From the NCBI GenBank assembly GCA_029555025.1, contig JAKPTZ010000115.1, positions 24,898 through 88,897 of the forward strand: a DNA stretch of 64,000 nt, read 5' to 3'. A model generated the notes under the pieces. The model saw only the letters and a program-made list of their open reading frames with translations. It made no database searches and had not been told where the DNA came from. Positions within the stretch are counted from its first letter, which is position 1. Every line of letters starts with the position of its first letter. The stretch is from Deltaproteobacteria bacterium (GTDB lineage: Bacteria > Myxococcota_A > UBA9042 > DTJE01). This document shows positions 17,310-26,469 of this stretch, in pieces. A program made the translations under genes and the position numbers.

Positions 17310-20300
17310 ATGCGAACCGGGTCTTCCGGGATGTTGCCGGTCGTTGCGATGGCGTGTCTATTTGTGTCGTCGTGCGGCAGCCATGTGGAGAAGGCCGATA
17401 TCGGGGGCTCCTGCCGGGAAGACTCCGATTGTCAATCCGCCCTCTGTTTCGCAGACGTATGCATCGATCCCCTGGCGGACCAGGATTGGGACGGTCTTTC
17501 GGCGGGCGATGAAGTTGAAATCGGGCTGGATCCGTTTCACCCGGACAGTGATCGCGACGGCATTCCCGACGGCCTGGAAGTGGGCCCCGAGCTTGCGACT
17601 CCGGCGGATTATGACGGGGACGGCGTCATCGACGCTCTTGAGTCCGCTTTTTCGGATTCTGACGGGGACTGCCTTCCGGATCAGTATGATCCTCTCGATG
17701 CGCTCGGGCCGGCCGGCTCAAGTCAGATGGTGCCGGTGCTGTGCATGACAGCCGGGGTCTGCGGGGCCGCAATGAACACCATTGTCGCTACCTGCGACGG
17801 CTCGAAGGTAACGTGCAGCTATGAAGGCGTGCCAGGCTGGAACGCCGCGGAATGGATGTGTGACGGAAAGGACAACAACTGCGACGGTCGAACCGACGAA
17901 GGTTTTCTTCACGAAGGCTTGTCCATCGGACTTCCCTGCCTTGGGGCAGGAAGTTGTGGCCCGGGTATCGTCGAGTGCGATGACTCGGGCTTTTCGACCA
18001 GGTGTTCGTCAAACCCCGGCGCTTCTGGCGACAGATCCATGCCCGAGGTGTGCGACGGTCTCGACAACGATTGCGACGGCTTGACCGACAACGGCATGTC
18101 GTGGAAGGGCGTGCCCCTCGGGGAACGTTGTGACGGCGAAGGCGAGTGCGGCATCGGCAAGGTCGAATGCCTGGCCGACAGGACGGCTTCCTGTTCAACC
18201 ATGAAGGGTGGAAGTCACGAACAGATCCAGGAGGAATCCTGTGACAACCTTGACAACGACTGTGATGGACGAACCGACGAGACATTTTTCGGCAACGCTT
18301 CCGAACTGTGCGTTCCCCGCGGCGTCTGCGCCCTGTTCCCCAACATGATTTCGTTGAAGTGCGAGCAGGGGATCCTGAAATGCGACTTCAGTGCTGTGCC
18401 TGGGTATTCGGGAAGTTCCGAGATGTTCTGTGATGGACAGGATGACGATTGCGACGGGCTGGTTGACGAGGAACTGTCGTTCGCGGTGACCGAACCTGGC
18501 GCCGTGATAAGGCTTCCCGGCCAGTCCTGCGGTTCGGGCGCCTGTGCCGGCGGGGTCGTCACGTGCTCGCCGAGTTCGATGTCCGGCATGTGTTCCACCA
18601 CGCCCCTTGCCGCGCCGGAGAAGTGCGATGGAATCGATGACGACTGCGACGGGTACATAGACAACGGTTTCGCCCTGAGTTGGAAGCCGGCGCTTGAAAC
18701 CATCATGGACAGGGAGCCGCAGGCGCTTGTTTCGTCGCGGATGGCCGTGGTCGAGTATTCCCTGGAGGATCCGCCTGAACCAGGTGAACCGCCTGCCGGC
18801 ATATATGTATGCGGCGGGGCCGTTGGAAGTCCTGAGAACGGTTCGTCCGGGATTTCAAGGCGTTGCTGGCTGTACAGCTTTGATTCGCATCGTTTCGATC
18901 GACTTCCCGACGGGCCCGAAGTCGATTCGGGGGCGATGGTTCATGACAGGGCGGGCGGAAGCCTGCTGATGGTGGGTCGTCTGTTCGCGTCCGGCGAAGT
19001 CGCCGTTTTCCGGATGAACGGAATCGATTTCGGATGGAGCAGGCTGCCCTGGGAACTGGAAAGTGGCGAGGTTCTTGCCGCCGGAGTGGATCCGGTTGAA
19101 AACACCCTGAATATCCTCACGAATGGTGATTCCGGGCTTCTGGTGAGCATGGTCGGGCTGTCCGATGGCTCCGTCCTGACCGTTCAGGCGGGCGAGCGCG
19201 TCTCTGCCGGCTCCTTTGCCGCCGGTTCGCCCTCCGGGGGGTTTGTCCTGTTTCATGCCTGCAACGAGCTTGCCGGCACTGTGGTCGAACATGTCTCGCC
19301 GGACGGGCAGGTCAACGGGCTGCCGCTTGCAGGACAGAGTCCATGCATGTCCTTCGGCGCGGCGGTCATGCCGATCCCGGGACGCATCGTCGCGATTGAG
19401 GGCAGGGCACTTGACGGCTCGGTCCAGGCCACAAGGGAATTCCTGCTGGGCGATGACCTGTGGCACCACGAAAGGATCACGGTTCCCGGCGGCCAGGGAT
19501 CCGTCATGCATCCCGCGATGGCCTCCTCTGGCGACACCGTCTATGCATTTTCCGGGGAGTATGGTGATGGAGGGGCACTGCGGCGTGTGATCCGGCTGGA
19601 TCGCGAATCGACGGAATGGCTGGTTGACAGCTTCGTAAGCGGTCCATCTCCCAGGGCGGGCGGCGTTGCGTTCGTTTCGCGCCTGACGGCGGCGGCCTAT
19701 TTCATTGGCGGCTATTCGGATGAACCGGGCGGGCCTCAGCCAGTCCAGGATGTGTGGAAGATTGATCTGGTCAATCCGCGGATTGGACAGATTGCGGTGT
19801 CGGGCGAACCAGGGGCGGTTATAGGTGCTGCTGCGGCCATCAATGATTCCGGCCAGACCGCCTACATTTTCGGGGGGCTCGATTCGCCGCCGGGGCCCGA
19901 CTCCAGGCCGGTTAGCAGGTTCCTTCGGTTCAACTGCATTCAGTCGAGGTTTGATTCGATTCAGTCGGGGGAAGGCGGTCCGACGGCACGTTATGGACAC
20001 TCGCTTGTCTGGGCCGGTGACAGGTTGCTTCTTTACGGCGGCCTGAACGACACCGGTTTCCTTTCCGATCTCTGGTCCTGGGCTCCGGACGAAGGCTGGA
20101 TCTTCATTGGATATTTCGAACTCAGCTATGGCCACCAGGCGTTCTGGGACAATCCCGGCAAGCGCATGCTGGTCGTCGGGGGCAGGCCAGGTGGGGGCCT
20201 TCGCGCATACTATCCCGCCACATCCACGTGGAAAAGCCTGCTGTCCGGGGTTCTGTTCGATTCGTATGAAGGCCACGGCTGGTTTGACGAGCAATCCGGC

Positions 20301-20522
20301 AGCGTGCTTTATCTTTCATCGACATCCAGCGACGCGGTGGTCGTGACTTTCCTTGAAGACGGGCTTGTCGATCAGGTCATCCCCGGACTGCAGCCGGATT
20401 TGATCGATGCGTTCGTGGTTTATGATCCGTTCGGGCGCCGGGCCATGATGCTCGGTGGCAGGGATCCCTCGAACGGGACCGTCGGAACCGTTTCGCAAAT
20501 CGATCAGTCCTGCGGGCGATGA
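17310..20522 (+). CDS. Large lipoprotein with MopE-like putative metal-binding CxDxxDNDCDG repeats, DxDxDG calcium-type motifs and C-terminal Kelch/beta-propeller repeats
   Basis: Lipoprotein signal (…MLPVVAMACLFVSSCG). At least 5 copies of C-D-G-x-D-N-(D/N)-C-D-G-x-(T/V/I)-D-(E/N) (CDGKDNNCDGRTDEGF, CDGLDNDCDGLTDNG, CDNLDNDCDGRTDETF, CDGQDDDCDGLVDEE, CDGIDDDCDGYIDNGF). C-terminal Kelch-like YGHSLVWAGDRLLLYGGLNDTGFLSDLWSW. Start chosen at ATG 17310; ATG 17331 is an alternative. Confidence 0.75.
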   Translation: MRTGSSGMLPVVAMACLFVSSCGSHVEKADIGGSCREDSDCQSALCFADVCIDPLADQDWDGLSAGDEVEIGLDPFHPDSDRDGIPDGLEVGPELATPADYDGDGVIDALESAFSDSDGDCLPDQYDPLDALGPAGSSQMVPVLCMTAGVCGAAMNTIVATCDGSKVTCSYEGVPGWNAAEWMCDGKDNNCDGRTDEGFLHEGLSIGLPCLGAGSCGPGIVECDDSGFSTRCSSNPGASGDRSMPEVCDGLDNDCDGLTDNGMSWKGVPLGERCDGEGECGIGKVECLADRTASCSTMKGGSHEQIQEESCDNLDNDCDGRTDETFFGNASELCVPRGVCALFPNMISLKCEQGILKCDFSAVPGYSGSSEMFCDGQDDDCDGLVDEELSFAVTEPGAVIRLPGQSCGSGACAGGVVTCSPSSMSGMCSTTPLAAPEKCDGIDDDCDGYIDNGFALSWKPALETIMDREPQALVSSRMAVVEYSLEDPPEPGEPPAGIYVCGGAVGSPENGSSGISRRCWLYSFDSHRFDRLPDGPEVDSGAMVHDRAGGSLLMVGRLFASGEVAVFRMNGIDFGWSRLPWELESGEVLAAGVDPVENTLNILTNGDSGLLVSMVGLSDGSVLTVQAGERVSAGSFAAGSPSGGFVLFHACNELAGTVVEHVSPDGQVNGLPLAGQSPCMSFGAAVMPIPGRIVAIEGRALDGSVQATREFLLGDDLWHHERITVPGGQGSVMHPAMASSGDTVYAFSGEYGDGGALRRVIRLDRESTEWLVDSFVSGPSPRAGGVAFVSRLTAAAYFIGGYSDEPGGPQPVQDVWKIDLVNPRIGQIAVSGEPGAVIGAAAAINDSGQTAYIFGGLDSPPGPDSRPVSRFLRFNCIQSRFDSIQSGEGGPTARYGHSLVWAGDRLLLYGGLNDTGFLSDLWSWAPDEGWIFIGYFELSYGHQAFWDNPGKRMLVVGGRPGGGLRAYYPATSTWKSLLSGVLFDSYEGHGWFDEQSGSVLYLSSTSSDAVVVTFLEDGLVDQVIPGLQPDLIDAFVVYDPFGRRAMMLGGRDPSNGTVGTVSQIDQSCGR

Positions 20523-21565
20523 ATCCAGCACAGCAGTTGCTGCAAAGCCTGATCCACCGAACCCTTCATCGCGACCCGGCCCTTGATGAAAAGCGCGGCG
20601 CCGCCCGGAGTTCCAACGATTGCCGCATCGGCGCCTGCGGCTTCGCCCGGACCGTTCACCACGCATCCCATTACGGCGATAACCAGTTCCGGCGGTTCAC
20701 GGCTTGCGTCCAGTCCCTCAAGGGCCGCCTCGATTCCAGCCGCGATCGATTCGGTGTCCAGGCATGCCCTGCCGCAGGTCGGGCATGCCCGAACCTGAAT
20801 GCCCGGTTTCCGGAGGCCGATTGATTCCAGAATCTGCCTGGCGACCTTGACTTCGGGTAATGGCGAACCTGCAAGCGAAACCCTGATCGTGTCCCCGATT
20901 CCCCGGGAAAGCAGGGCGGCGATGACCGCGGCGGATCGAACCGCCCCCGAGGCCGGTGTGCCGGATTCCGTGACGCCTACATGAAGCGGGACGTCCAGCC
21001 GGGATGCCGCAAGTTCGCAAGCAAGCATGGTTACTGTCGGCGAACTGGACTTCACCGATACAACGATGTCCTCAACCCCCAGTTCCCGCATGTCCGAAAC
21101 GGCCCGCGTGGCAGCTTCGACCAGCACGGTCGCCGGATCTCCGGTTGCCGCCGCCAGGTCCTCGGGAAGGGAGCCCGAGTTGATCCCGATTCTTACGGGG
21201 GTTCCCGTGTCCAGAAGGGCCGCCGCCGTCTCGCGCAGGGCCGCTTTCCCCTTCAGGGTTCCCGGATTGATTCTGATCTTGTCGATGTGGCCGCACATGG
21301 CGATGGCGACCCTGTGATCGAAATGCACATCCGCCACCAGAGGAATGCCGGCCGTCATTTCCCTGACCCTGATGGCCGCCGGCACTGCGTCAAGGCGCGG
21401 AACCGATATCCGGACAATGTCGCACCCGGCAGCGTGCAACTGACGAACCTGAGCGGTTACCGCGTCATGGTCATAGGGATCGGCGTTGCACATGCTCTGG
21501 ATCGATATCGGGGCCCCCCCGCCCATCTCAATTCCGCCGATGTTCACCGTCCTTGTCGAACCCAT
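20504..21565 (-). CDS. ispG: 4-hydroxy-3-methylbut-2-en-1-yl diphosphate synthase IspG (GcpE)
   Basis: …GGIEMGGGAPISIQSMCN…, TIM-barrel plus 4Fe-4S domain (CPTCGRAC, equivalent to CPSC). ATG at 21565 with a GAGGT RBS. Confidence 0.85.
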   Translation of the reverse strand: MGSTRTVNIGGIEMGGGAPISIQSMCNADPYDHDAVTAQVRQLHAAGCDIVRISVPRLDAVPAAIRVREMTAGIPLVADVHFDHRVAIAMCGHIDKIRINPGTLKGKAALRETAAALLDTGTPVRIGINSGSLPEDLAAATGDPATVLVEAATRAVSDMRELGVEDIVVSVKSSSPTVTMLACELAASRLDVPLHVGVTESGTPASGAVRSAAVIAALLSRGIGDTIRVSLAGSPLPEVKVARQILESIGLRKPGIQVRACPTCGRACLDTESIAAGIEAALEGLDASREPPELVIAVMGCVVNGPGEAAGADAAIVGTPGGAALFIKGRVAMKGSVDQALQQLLCWIHRPQD

Positions 21566-21688
21566 CTGAAGACCTCGTGGCGTCAGTCCGACGCATGATC
21601 GGTTCGGCCAATCGTATATCATTTTGCCGGTTGCGTGCCCGCCCCCGACTGGAATATGCTGACCGGTGCCTCATCATCGGGGGCTTTC

Positions 21689-22381
21689 ATGCGCGGTCCC
21701 GCGGTTATCTTCGACCTTGACGACACGCTCTATCCCTCGAATTCATTCGTGGCCGGCGGCATTCGCGCGGTTGCTGTCCTGCTCCGGGATGACGGATTCA
21801 CCGATCCCGATCCTTGCGATGTCCTGATGGAGGTTCTCGAGACCGAAGGTCCATTTTCCCTTTTCGACTCGGCATTTGCACGTCTTGGAGTCCGAAGGAC
21901 GCCTGAACTGGTTTCCAGGCTGGTCGCGGCGTTTCGTGCCCACAGTCCGTCCATATCGCCGTACCCCGGCATCGTTGACCTGCTTTGCTCACTTCGAAAT
22001 CACGGCGTTGGCCTTGGGCTTGTTACCGACGGTTATCCCCAGGTCCAGAGATCCAAGTGGACCGCTCTTGGGCTCGGGCACCTCTTTGACGCGGTGGTTT
22101 TTTGCCGGGACATCGACGGAGGCGACCATCCAAAGCCTGATCCCTTCCCTTTCGCCAGGGCCCACCACCTTCTCGGGGAACCTGATTCCGTTGTCTTCGT
22201 CGGTGACAATCCGTCGGCCGATTTTCCGGCTCCCGATGCTTTTGGCTGGCGCACCGTAAGGGTGTGCTGGCCCGAAGCGACGCACATCCTTGACGGGGAC
22301 ACCGTAATAAACAGGCCGGTTGCCCGAAATGCGGCCGAGCTGCGGGCTATCCTTTCAAGAATCCTCGATTTTCCGTCCTGA
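21689..22381 (+). CDS. HAD-superfamily hydrolase
   Basis: Motif I VIFDLDDTLYP lies right after the ATG at 21689. Motif III …GLVTDG… and motif IV VFVGDNPSAD. Confidence 0.7.
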   Translation: MRGPAVIFDLDDTLYPSNSFVAGGIRAVAVLLRDDGFTDPDPCDVLMEVLETEGPFSLFDSAFARLGVRRTPELVSRLVAAFRAHSPSISPYPGIVDLLCSLRNHGVGLGLVTDGYPQVQRSKWTALGLGHLFDAVVFCRDIDGGDHPKPDPFPFARAHHLLGEPDSVVFVGDNPSADFPAPDAFGWRTVRVCWPEATHILDGDTVINRPVARNAAELRAILSRILDFPS

Positions 22382-22419
22382 TCCGGATCGGTTGACCTGA
22401 AAAGGTTGTGGAATGGCAA

Positions 22420-23958
22420 TCAGTCCTCGACCGGCAATGGATCGGTGAACGCGGAGAATCCGGGATTCGCGACGGAGCACATGGTGAAGGTTGCCCGATA
22501 GTCAAGGTTGCCGGAAATCTGGATTGGTCTTTTGAGGCTTTCGGTCGATGTCACGAAAACCTCCCGGTCAATCAGGTGCTGCTGGGTCGCGGCGGTAAGC
22601 GGCTGGCCTGATGAATCGCGGATGGCCGTCCCGACAAATGACAGGAAGCGCCCGGACGGGGAAAGCGACATGCTGTCCGGCGACACCGAAATCATTTCCG
22701 GCGCCCCAACCTTTGGAAAGTCCGTGATCTTTCTGAATATGTCCGTAAGATTCGCGTCCGTGCCGATGTCGCTGACGGAGAATGCCAGGATGTTGGTCCA
22801 TGTCTTCCCGGGGGCGCCGTCACAGGTCGATGCCGCGGCGACGATCAGTTCCCGGCCGTCGCGGGAAAGCAGCAGGGGCTGCATGATCGAGGTGTACGGC
22901 CAGTCCCTGTTCAGGTTGTAACATGCGTTTGAAGCGTATCGCGACGGAGTCCTGACCAGCGTCACCGATTCAATTGAACCACTTTCCACGTCCATCTTCG
23001 CCAGCCGGAGTTCGCGCGCGTCGAAGACGTGGGCGAACAGCAGGGTTCGCCCATCCGCTGAAAGGATCGCCGGGATGTCGTCCGAAAGCTGGGGGGCATC
23101 CTGGGAATACATGCACTTGCCCTGAAGGTCAATCGCCTGGCACACCGGTACGCCGGCCTTTCTAAGGCCTGCCTTTTCGTTGAACAGGTAAAATGTCAGG
23201 GATTCAAGTTCCAGATTCTGCAGAACCAGCGTGACACCGTCCGCGCCGAGCCTGAACCTTCCGGTGTAGTTGGAGCTGCCCGCAAGATCCGGCCCCGGGA
23301 ACTCAAACAACTCCTGGATTTCAAAAACGGGATCATCAAGGTCGATCCGACCGAAGCGATAGCAGGTCCGTATTCCGCCATCCTTTGATTCGCAATCATT
23401 TTTTACCCTGGAAACGTAAAGTGACCTTCCCGAAAAGACTGCCTGGCGAACGGCCGGGATCGGCTGCTCCGTAACGATTGTCGGTTGTCCTGTCTCATCG
23501 ATGGCGATAAGCCTGGCGTCCTGTCCCGGTGTGCCGACGCCCGTTGTCGTCGCCACGAGCAGGAAGTTGAGGGCGGGTTCCGTCACGCAGCCCAGGGAGC
23601 AGTCGAGTCCCAGAGGGGCGAGGATCCTTGCGTTAACCTGGAAGTTGTCCTTCCATGCCGGGAAGCCGGGCTGCCCCTCGCCGTCGAGCGGGTTGGAAAT
23701 CCCGAGGTCGCCGGGCCTGTCGCCCGCCGTGGCCGCGTATCCGTAGATAACGCGAAAGTCTTCATCGACCTCGACCGGATCAAGGTTCGGAATGTCAGGG
23801 CCGGCGTCGGTAATCACGGTGTCCGTATCGCCGCCGACATCGCTTTCCGATTCCTGCCCGGCGCACCACGGGGCCGAAACAAGAGTGGCCGTGGCAAGCA
23901 GGAATGTCGGCCATGACGCGACCCTGCGGCCCGAAACGGTGGCAATGCGCTTCCTCAT
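22420..23958 (-). CDS. Secreted hypothetical protein (probable beta-propeller)
   Basis: Signal peptide MRKRIATVSGRRVASWPTFLLATATLVSAPWCAGQ. Approximately 510 aa with no catalytic motif recognised. Confidence 0.5.
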   Translation of the reverse strand: MRKRIATVSGRRVASWPTFLLATATLVSAPWCAGQESESDVGGDTDTVITDAGPDIPNLDPVEVDEDFRVIYGYAATAGDRPGDLGISNPLDGEGQPGFPAWKDNFQVNARILAPLGLDCSLGCVTEPALNFLLVATTTGVGTPGQDARLIAIDETGQPTIVTEQPIPAVRQAVFSGRSLYVSRVKNDCESKDGGIRTCYRFGRIDLDDPVFEIQELFEFPGPDLAGSSNYTGRFRLGADGVTLVLQNLELESLTFYLFNEKAGLRKAGVPVCQAIDLQGKCMYSQDAPQLSDDIPAILSADGRTLLFAHVFDARELRLAKMDVESGSIESVTLVRTPSRYASNACYNLNRDWPYTSIMQPLLLSRDGRELIVAAASTCDGAPGKTWTNILAFSVSDIGTDANLTDIFRKITDFPKVGAPEMISVSPDSMSLSPSGRFLSFVGTAIRDSSGQPLTAATQQHLIDREVFVTSTESLKRPIQISGNLDYRATFTMCSVANPGFSAFTDPLPVED

Positions 23959-24053
23959 CCGGTCATGCTCCGCGCAATTCAAGGTCAATCTTACCGTTGT
24001 TTGCCATTTGAGTTCCATCTGAAAGGTGATATAATATCGACCCTTTTTCCCCT

Positions 24054-25583
24054 TTGGCCTTGCGCCTGGCACTGGAGTTTATGACCCTTAACATCACTGA
24101 ACTTGAATCGGTTATCCCGGAGATTCAACTTGCCGTTCGCGGTTCCATTCTTACGGGTGTCGAAAGTCCCGATCAATGGACCTGCATTCTTTCCTTCTCC
24201 AGCGTTGACGGCGGGCCCGTGAAGCGGGTCTTCTTCTCAAGGCGTCCCAGGCTGACCAGGTTAAACCTGCTTCCGGACGGCTGGACCTCGCCCGCGCAGA
24301 ACATCGGTCGCCGGTCAATCGAGGCCGTAAAGTTCGTCGATGCCGTCTCCCGTGCATTGAAGGGCGCCGAGGCGGGTCCGATGAGGACCCGTTTCCGTGA
24401 CCGGGTCGTTTCGATGGAAATGTATCTGCCGAAGGATTCGGGCCGTTCGGACGGGTCGGATGACCAGCCGGTCAGGATGTTCCTGCTTTTCGAATGCACC
24501 GGAATGCATGCGAATCTGTTTCTTCTCGATGAGAGGCAGGTCATTCAGGCAGTGTTCGGGCGTTCGACGTCGCGCAGGCGTCCCCTGGACGTCGGCTGCA
24601 GGTACCAGCAGCCCGCCGAAATCGAAGGGCCCAGGCCTGTCGGGCGGCGTGTCGATGTGATGCGCTTCGTAAGGTCGGACATGTCCCTGGGACATCAGAT
24701 AAGCGAAATGTACGATCCCCTGGATCAGGTTGACGACCGCAAGCGCGAGCTTTCCTCGCTTGCCGAGGAACTGTCGTTCGTGGTCGAGGAAAGGCGCAAG
24801 GTTGCGGAGTCGGTTCGCAGGGATCTGGCCGAGCCGGTTCGTCCGGGGCGGCCTGCGGATCTTCCAGAGCGTCTGCGGGAACGGCTTGACCGCGTCGATT
24901 CAGAGGTGCGCGAGCTTCAGGAACTGCTTCATGGCGTACGCAAGGGCGACGTCAGCGTTTTTGATCGCGCGACGGAACTTGTTACAGAGTACCGCGCGAA
25001 GATCCAGGAAATCGAGCGTCGCAGGGCTGAACGTCCGGCCCGTCCCGACTGGAGGCCGCGTGAAGGCGGATACCAGCGCCGCGACGACTCGCCGCGTCCA
25101 CCCAGGGAAGGCGGTTACAAGCCGCGCGAAGCCGGACACCAGCGCCGCGACGATTCGCCGCGTCCACCCAGGGAAGGCGGTTACAAGCCGCGTGAAGGCG
25201 GATACCAGCGCCGCGAAGATTCGCCGCGTCCACCCAGGGAAGGCGGTTACAAGCCTCGTGAAGGCGGATACCAGCGCCGCGACGATTCGCCGCGTCCACC
25301 CAGGGAAGGCGGATACAAGCCTCGTGAAGGCGGATACCAGCGCCGCGACGATTCGCCGCGTCCACCCAGGGAAGGCGGTTACAAGCCACGCGAAGGCGGA
25401 TACCAGCGCCGCGACGATTCGCCGCGTCCACCCAGGGAAGGCGGTTACAAGCCACGCGAAGGCGGATACCAGCGCCGCGACGACTCGCCGCGTCCACCCA
25501 GGGAAGGTGGTTACAAGCCGCGCGACGGCGGCGCTCGCGGAACGCGGTCGGCTTCGGGCCGCACCGTCAGGCGGTCAAAGTGA
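24054..25583 (+). CDS. NFACT-N/FbpA-like domain protein with a coiled coil and a C-terminal 7x 22-aa R/G/Y/P-rich tandem repeat
   Basis: N-terminal …LLFECTGMHANLFLLDERQVIQAVFGRS… resembles the NFACT-N (RqcH/FbpA) domain. The C-terminus is 7 copies of REGGYQRRDDSPRPPREGGYKP. Confidence 0.6.
   Translation: MALRLALEFMTLNITELESVIPEIQLAVRGSILTGVESPDQWTCILSFSSVDGGPVKRVFFSRRPRLTRLNLLPDGWTSPAQNIGRRSIEAVKFVDAVSRALKGAEAGPMRTRFRDRVVSMEMYLPKDSGRSDGSDDQPVRMFLLFECTGMHANLFLLDERQVIQAVFGRSTSRRRPLDVGCRYQQPAEIEGPRPVGRRVDVMRFVRSDMSLGHQISEMYDPLDQVDDRKRELSSLAEELSFVVEERRKVAESVRRDLAEPVRPGRPADLPERLRERLDRVDSEVRELQELLHGVRKGDVSVFDRATELVTEYRAKIQEIERRRAERPARPDWRPREGGYQRRDDSPRPPREGGYKPREAGHQRRDDSPRPPREGGYKPREGGYQRREDSPRPPREGGYKPREGGYQRRDDSPRPPREGGYKPREGGYQRRDDSPRPPREGGYKPREGGYQRRDDSPRPPREGGYKPREGGYQRRDDSPRPPREGGYKPRDGGARGTRSASGRTVRRSK
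25058..25520. repeat. Seven near-perfect 66-bp direct tandem repeats (coding, inside the 24054..25583 gene)
   Basis: Unit ccagcgccgcgacgattcgccgcgtccacccagggaaggcggttacaagccgcgtgaaggcggata is repeated head-to-tail. Only a few substitutions occur between copies. Confidence 0.85.
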
Positions 25584-25629
25584 CCACGTCATCTCCGATT
25601 GATCTTTTTTTTATTAATTTCAGTTTGAA

Positions 25630-26160
25630 TCAGTCGAGGGTCTGCCAGGACTTTCCAAGCGTTCCGTGCTTCACGGAAGTCCGCCGGCTTTCACCGTCCG
25701 GCCCCTTCAGAAGCAGGAAGTAGGTCACGTCAAGGCCATTCCTGCCCTGGCGGGCCTGGCTCGTCGTCACGCTTCCGGTCCAGTTCGCGTACTTGCCGCC
25801 GAGCAGTTTGACCGCGGCACCCTTCGGCACGATTGAAGCGGGCGCGACTGGTGTTGCCGAGCGTGAACCCTTTCTTCGGCGAACTACCGTCTTGTGGCCG
25901 GCAGTCGCCAGGTTGTCGATTGTCAGGAATTTTGATGCCGATTTGGAAAGGCCGCAGTCGGCAAGGGCATCAAGGAAGCTGGATTCTCCATGCGCGCCTT
26001 TGAGGAAGTCGATCAGGTTCCTGATTATCCGGCTTTTGGATCTTCTGGCCTCCGAAAGTTCGGTGAACTGCGCGTCGATGACATTGAAGTCCTCGATGTG
26101 CTTCTTCAGATCCTTCAGATAGACGTCGGCGATGGTGCTTTCAGGAGTATCGGGTTTCAT
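25630..26160 (-). CDS. Hypothetical protein
   Basis: ORF 25630..26211. The internal ATG at 26160 has a GGGGA RBS. No recognised domain. Confidence 0.4.
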   Translation of the reverse strand: MKPDTPESTIADVYLKDLKKHIEDFNVIDAQFTELSEARRSKSRIIRNLIDFLKGAHGESSFLDALADCGLSKSASKFLTIDNLATAGHKTVVRRRKGSRSATPVAPASIVPKGAAVKLLGGKYANWTGSVTTSQARQGRNGLDVTYFLLLKGPDGESRRTSVKHGTLGKSWQTLD

Positions 26161-26251
26161 CAATATTCCCCACGTGAGAAGTCGTTGTCGTGGCGGCCGG
26201 TTGCCGCGCATCCTGAATCATATTCTATTGGCTGACCGTTGATGTCTGTAT

Positions 26252-26370
26252 ATGTCAATTTTACAACTGCTTGGATTGACAACAGTATCACAGGCGGTCA
26301 ACTGTTTACCGTCCGGTCTGATTGACGGTTTGTTTACATTTGCATAACAAGGGTGAAGGTCGATTGACTG
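26252..26370. promoter_or_regulatory. AT-rich intergenic region with three direct GATTGAC repeats plus inverted TTGAC/GTCAA copies. Putative operator/promoter region for the trans-sulfuration gene at 26470.
   Basis: GATTGAC at 26273, 26320 and 26362 (spacings 47 and 42 nt). tgtcaatt at ~26252 and ggtcaactg at ~26296. The region is markedly AT-rich compared with the window. Confidence 0.3.
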
Positions 26371-26469
26371 TGGGTTGTATTCCGGACTATTCTTCGGGCG
26401 GGAGCCCCATGCCGATCAAGGCGCGTTGCCATTGATTTCGCGGGGGTGTGAAGTCATCTGGAGGTTTTC

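Noticed and set aside
18855-20294. 479-aa minus-strand ORF inside the Kelch/MopE lipoprotein gene
   Set aside because: Arg/Pro/Gly-rich with no motifs. The plus-strand gene has signal peptide, repeated Cys motifs and Kelch repeats. Shadow ORF.
24982-25497. 171-aa minus-strand ORF consisting of perfect repeats (…AANRRGAGIRLRVACNRLPWVD…)
   Set aside because: It is the antisense reading of the 66-bp tandem repeats. The sense ORF is continuous with a structured N-terminal domain and is the more plausible gene.
25058-25520. Possibility that the 66-bp tandem array is a CRISPR array
   Set aside because: Units are directly abutting with no unique spacers, are in-frame within a long ORF, and no cas genes are nearby.
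26212-26469. SAM riboswitch upstream of the MetY/MetC-like gene
   Set aside because: No SAM-I/SAM-II-like conserved elements or pseudoknot-compatible pairing were identified by eye. Only the GATTGAC repeats were retained as a finding.
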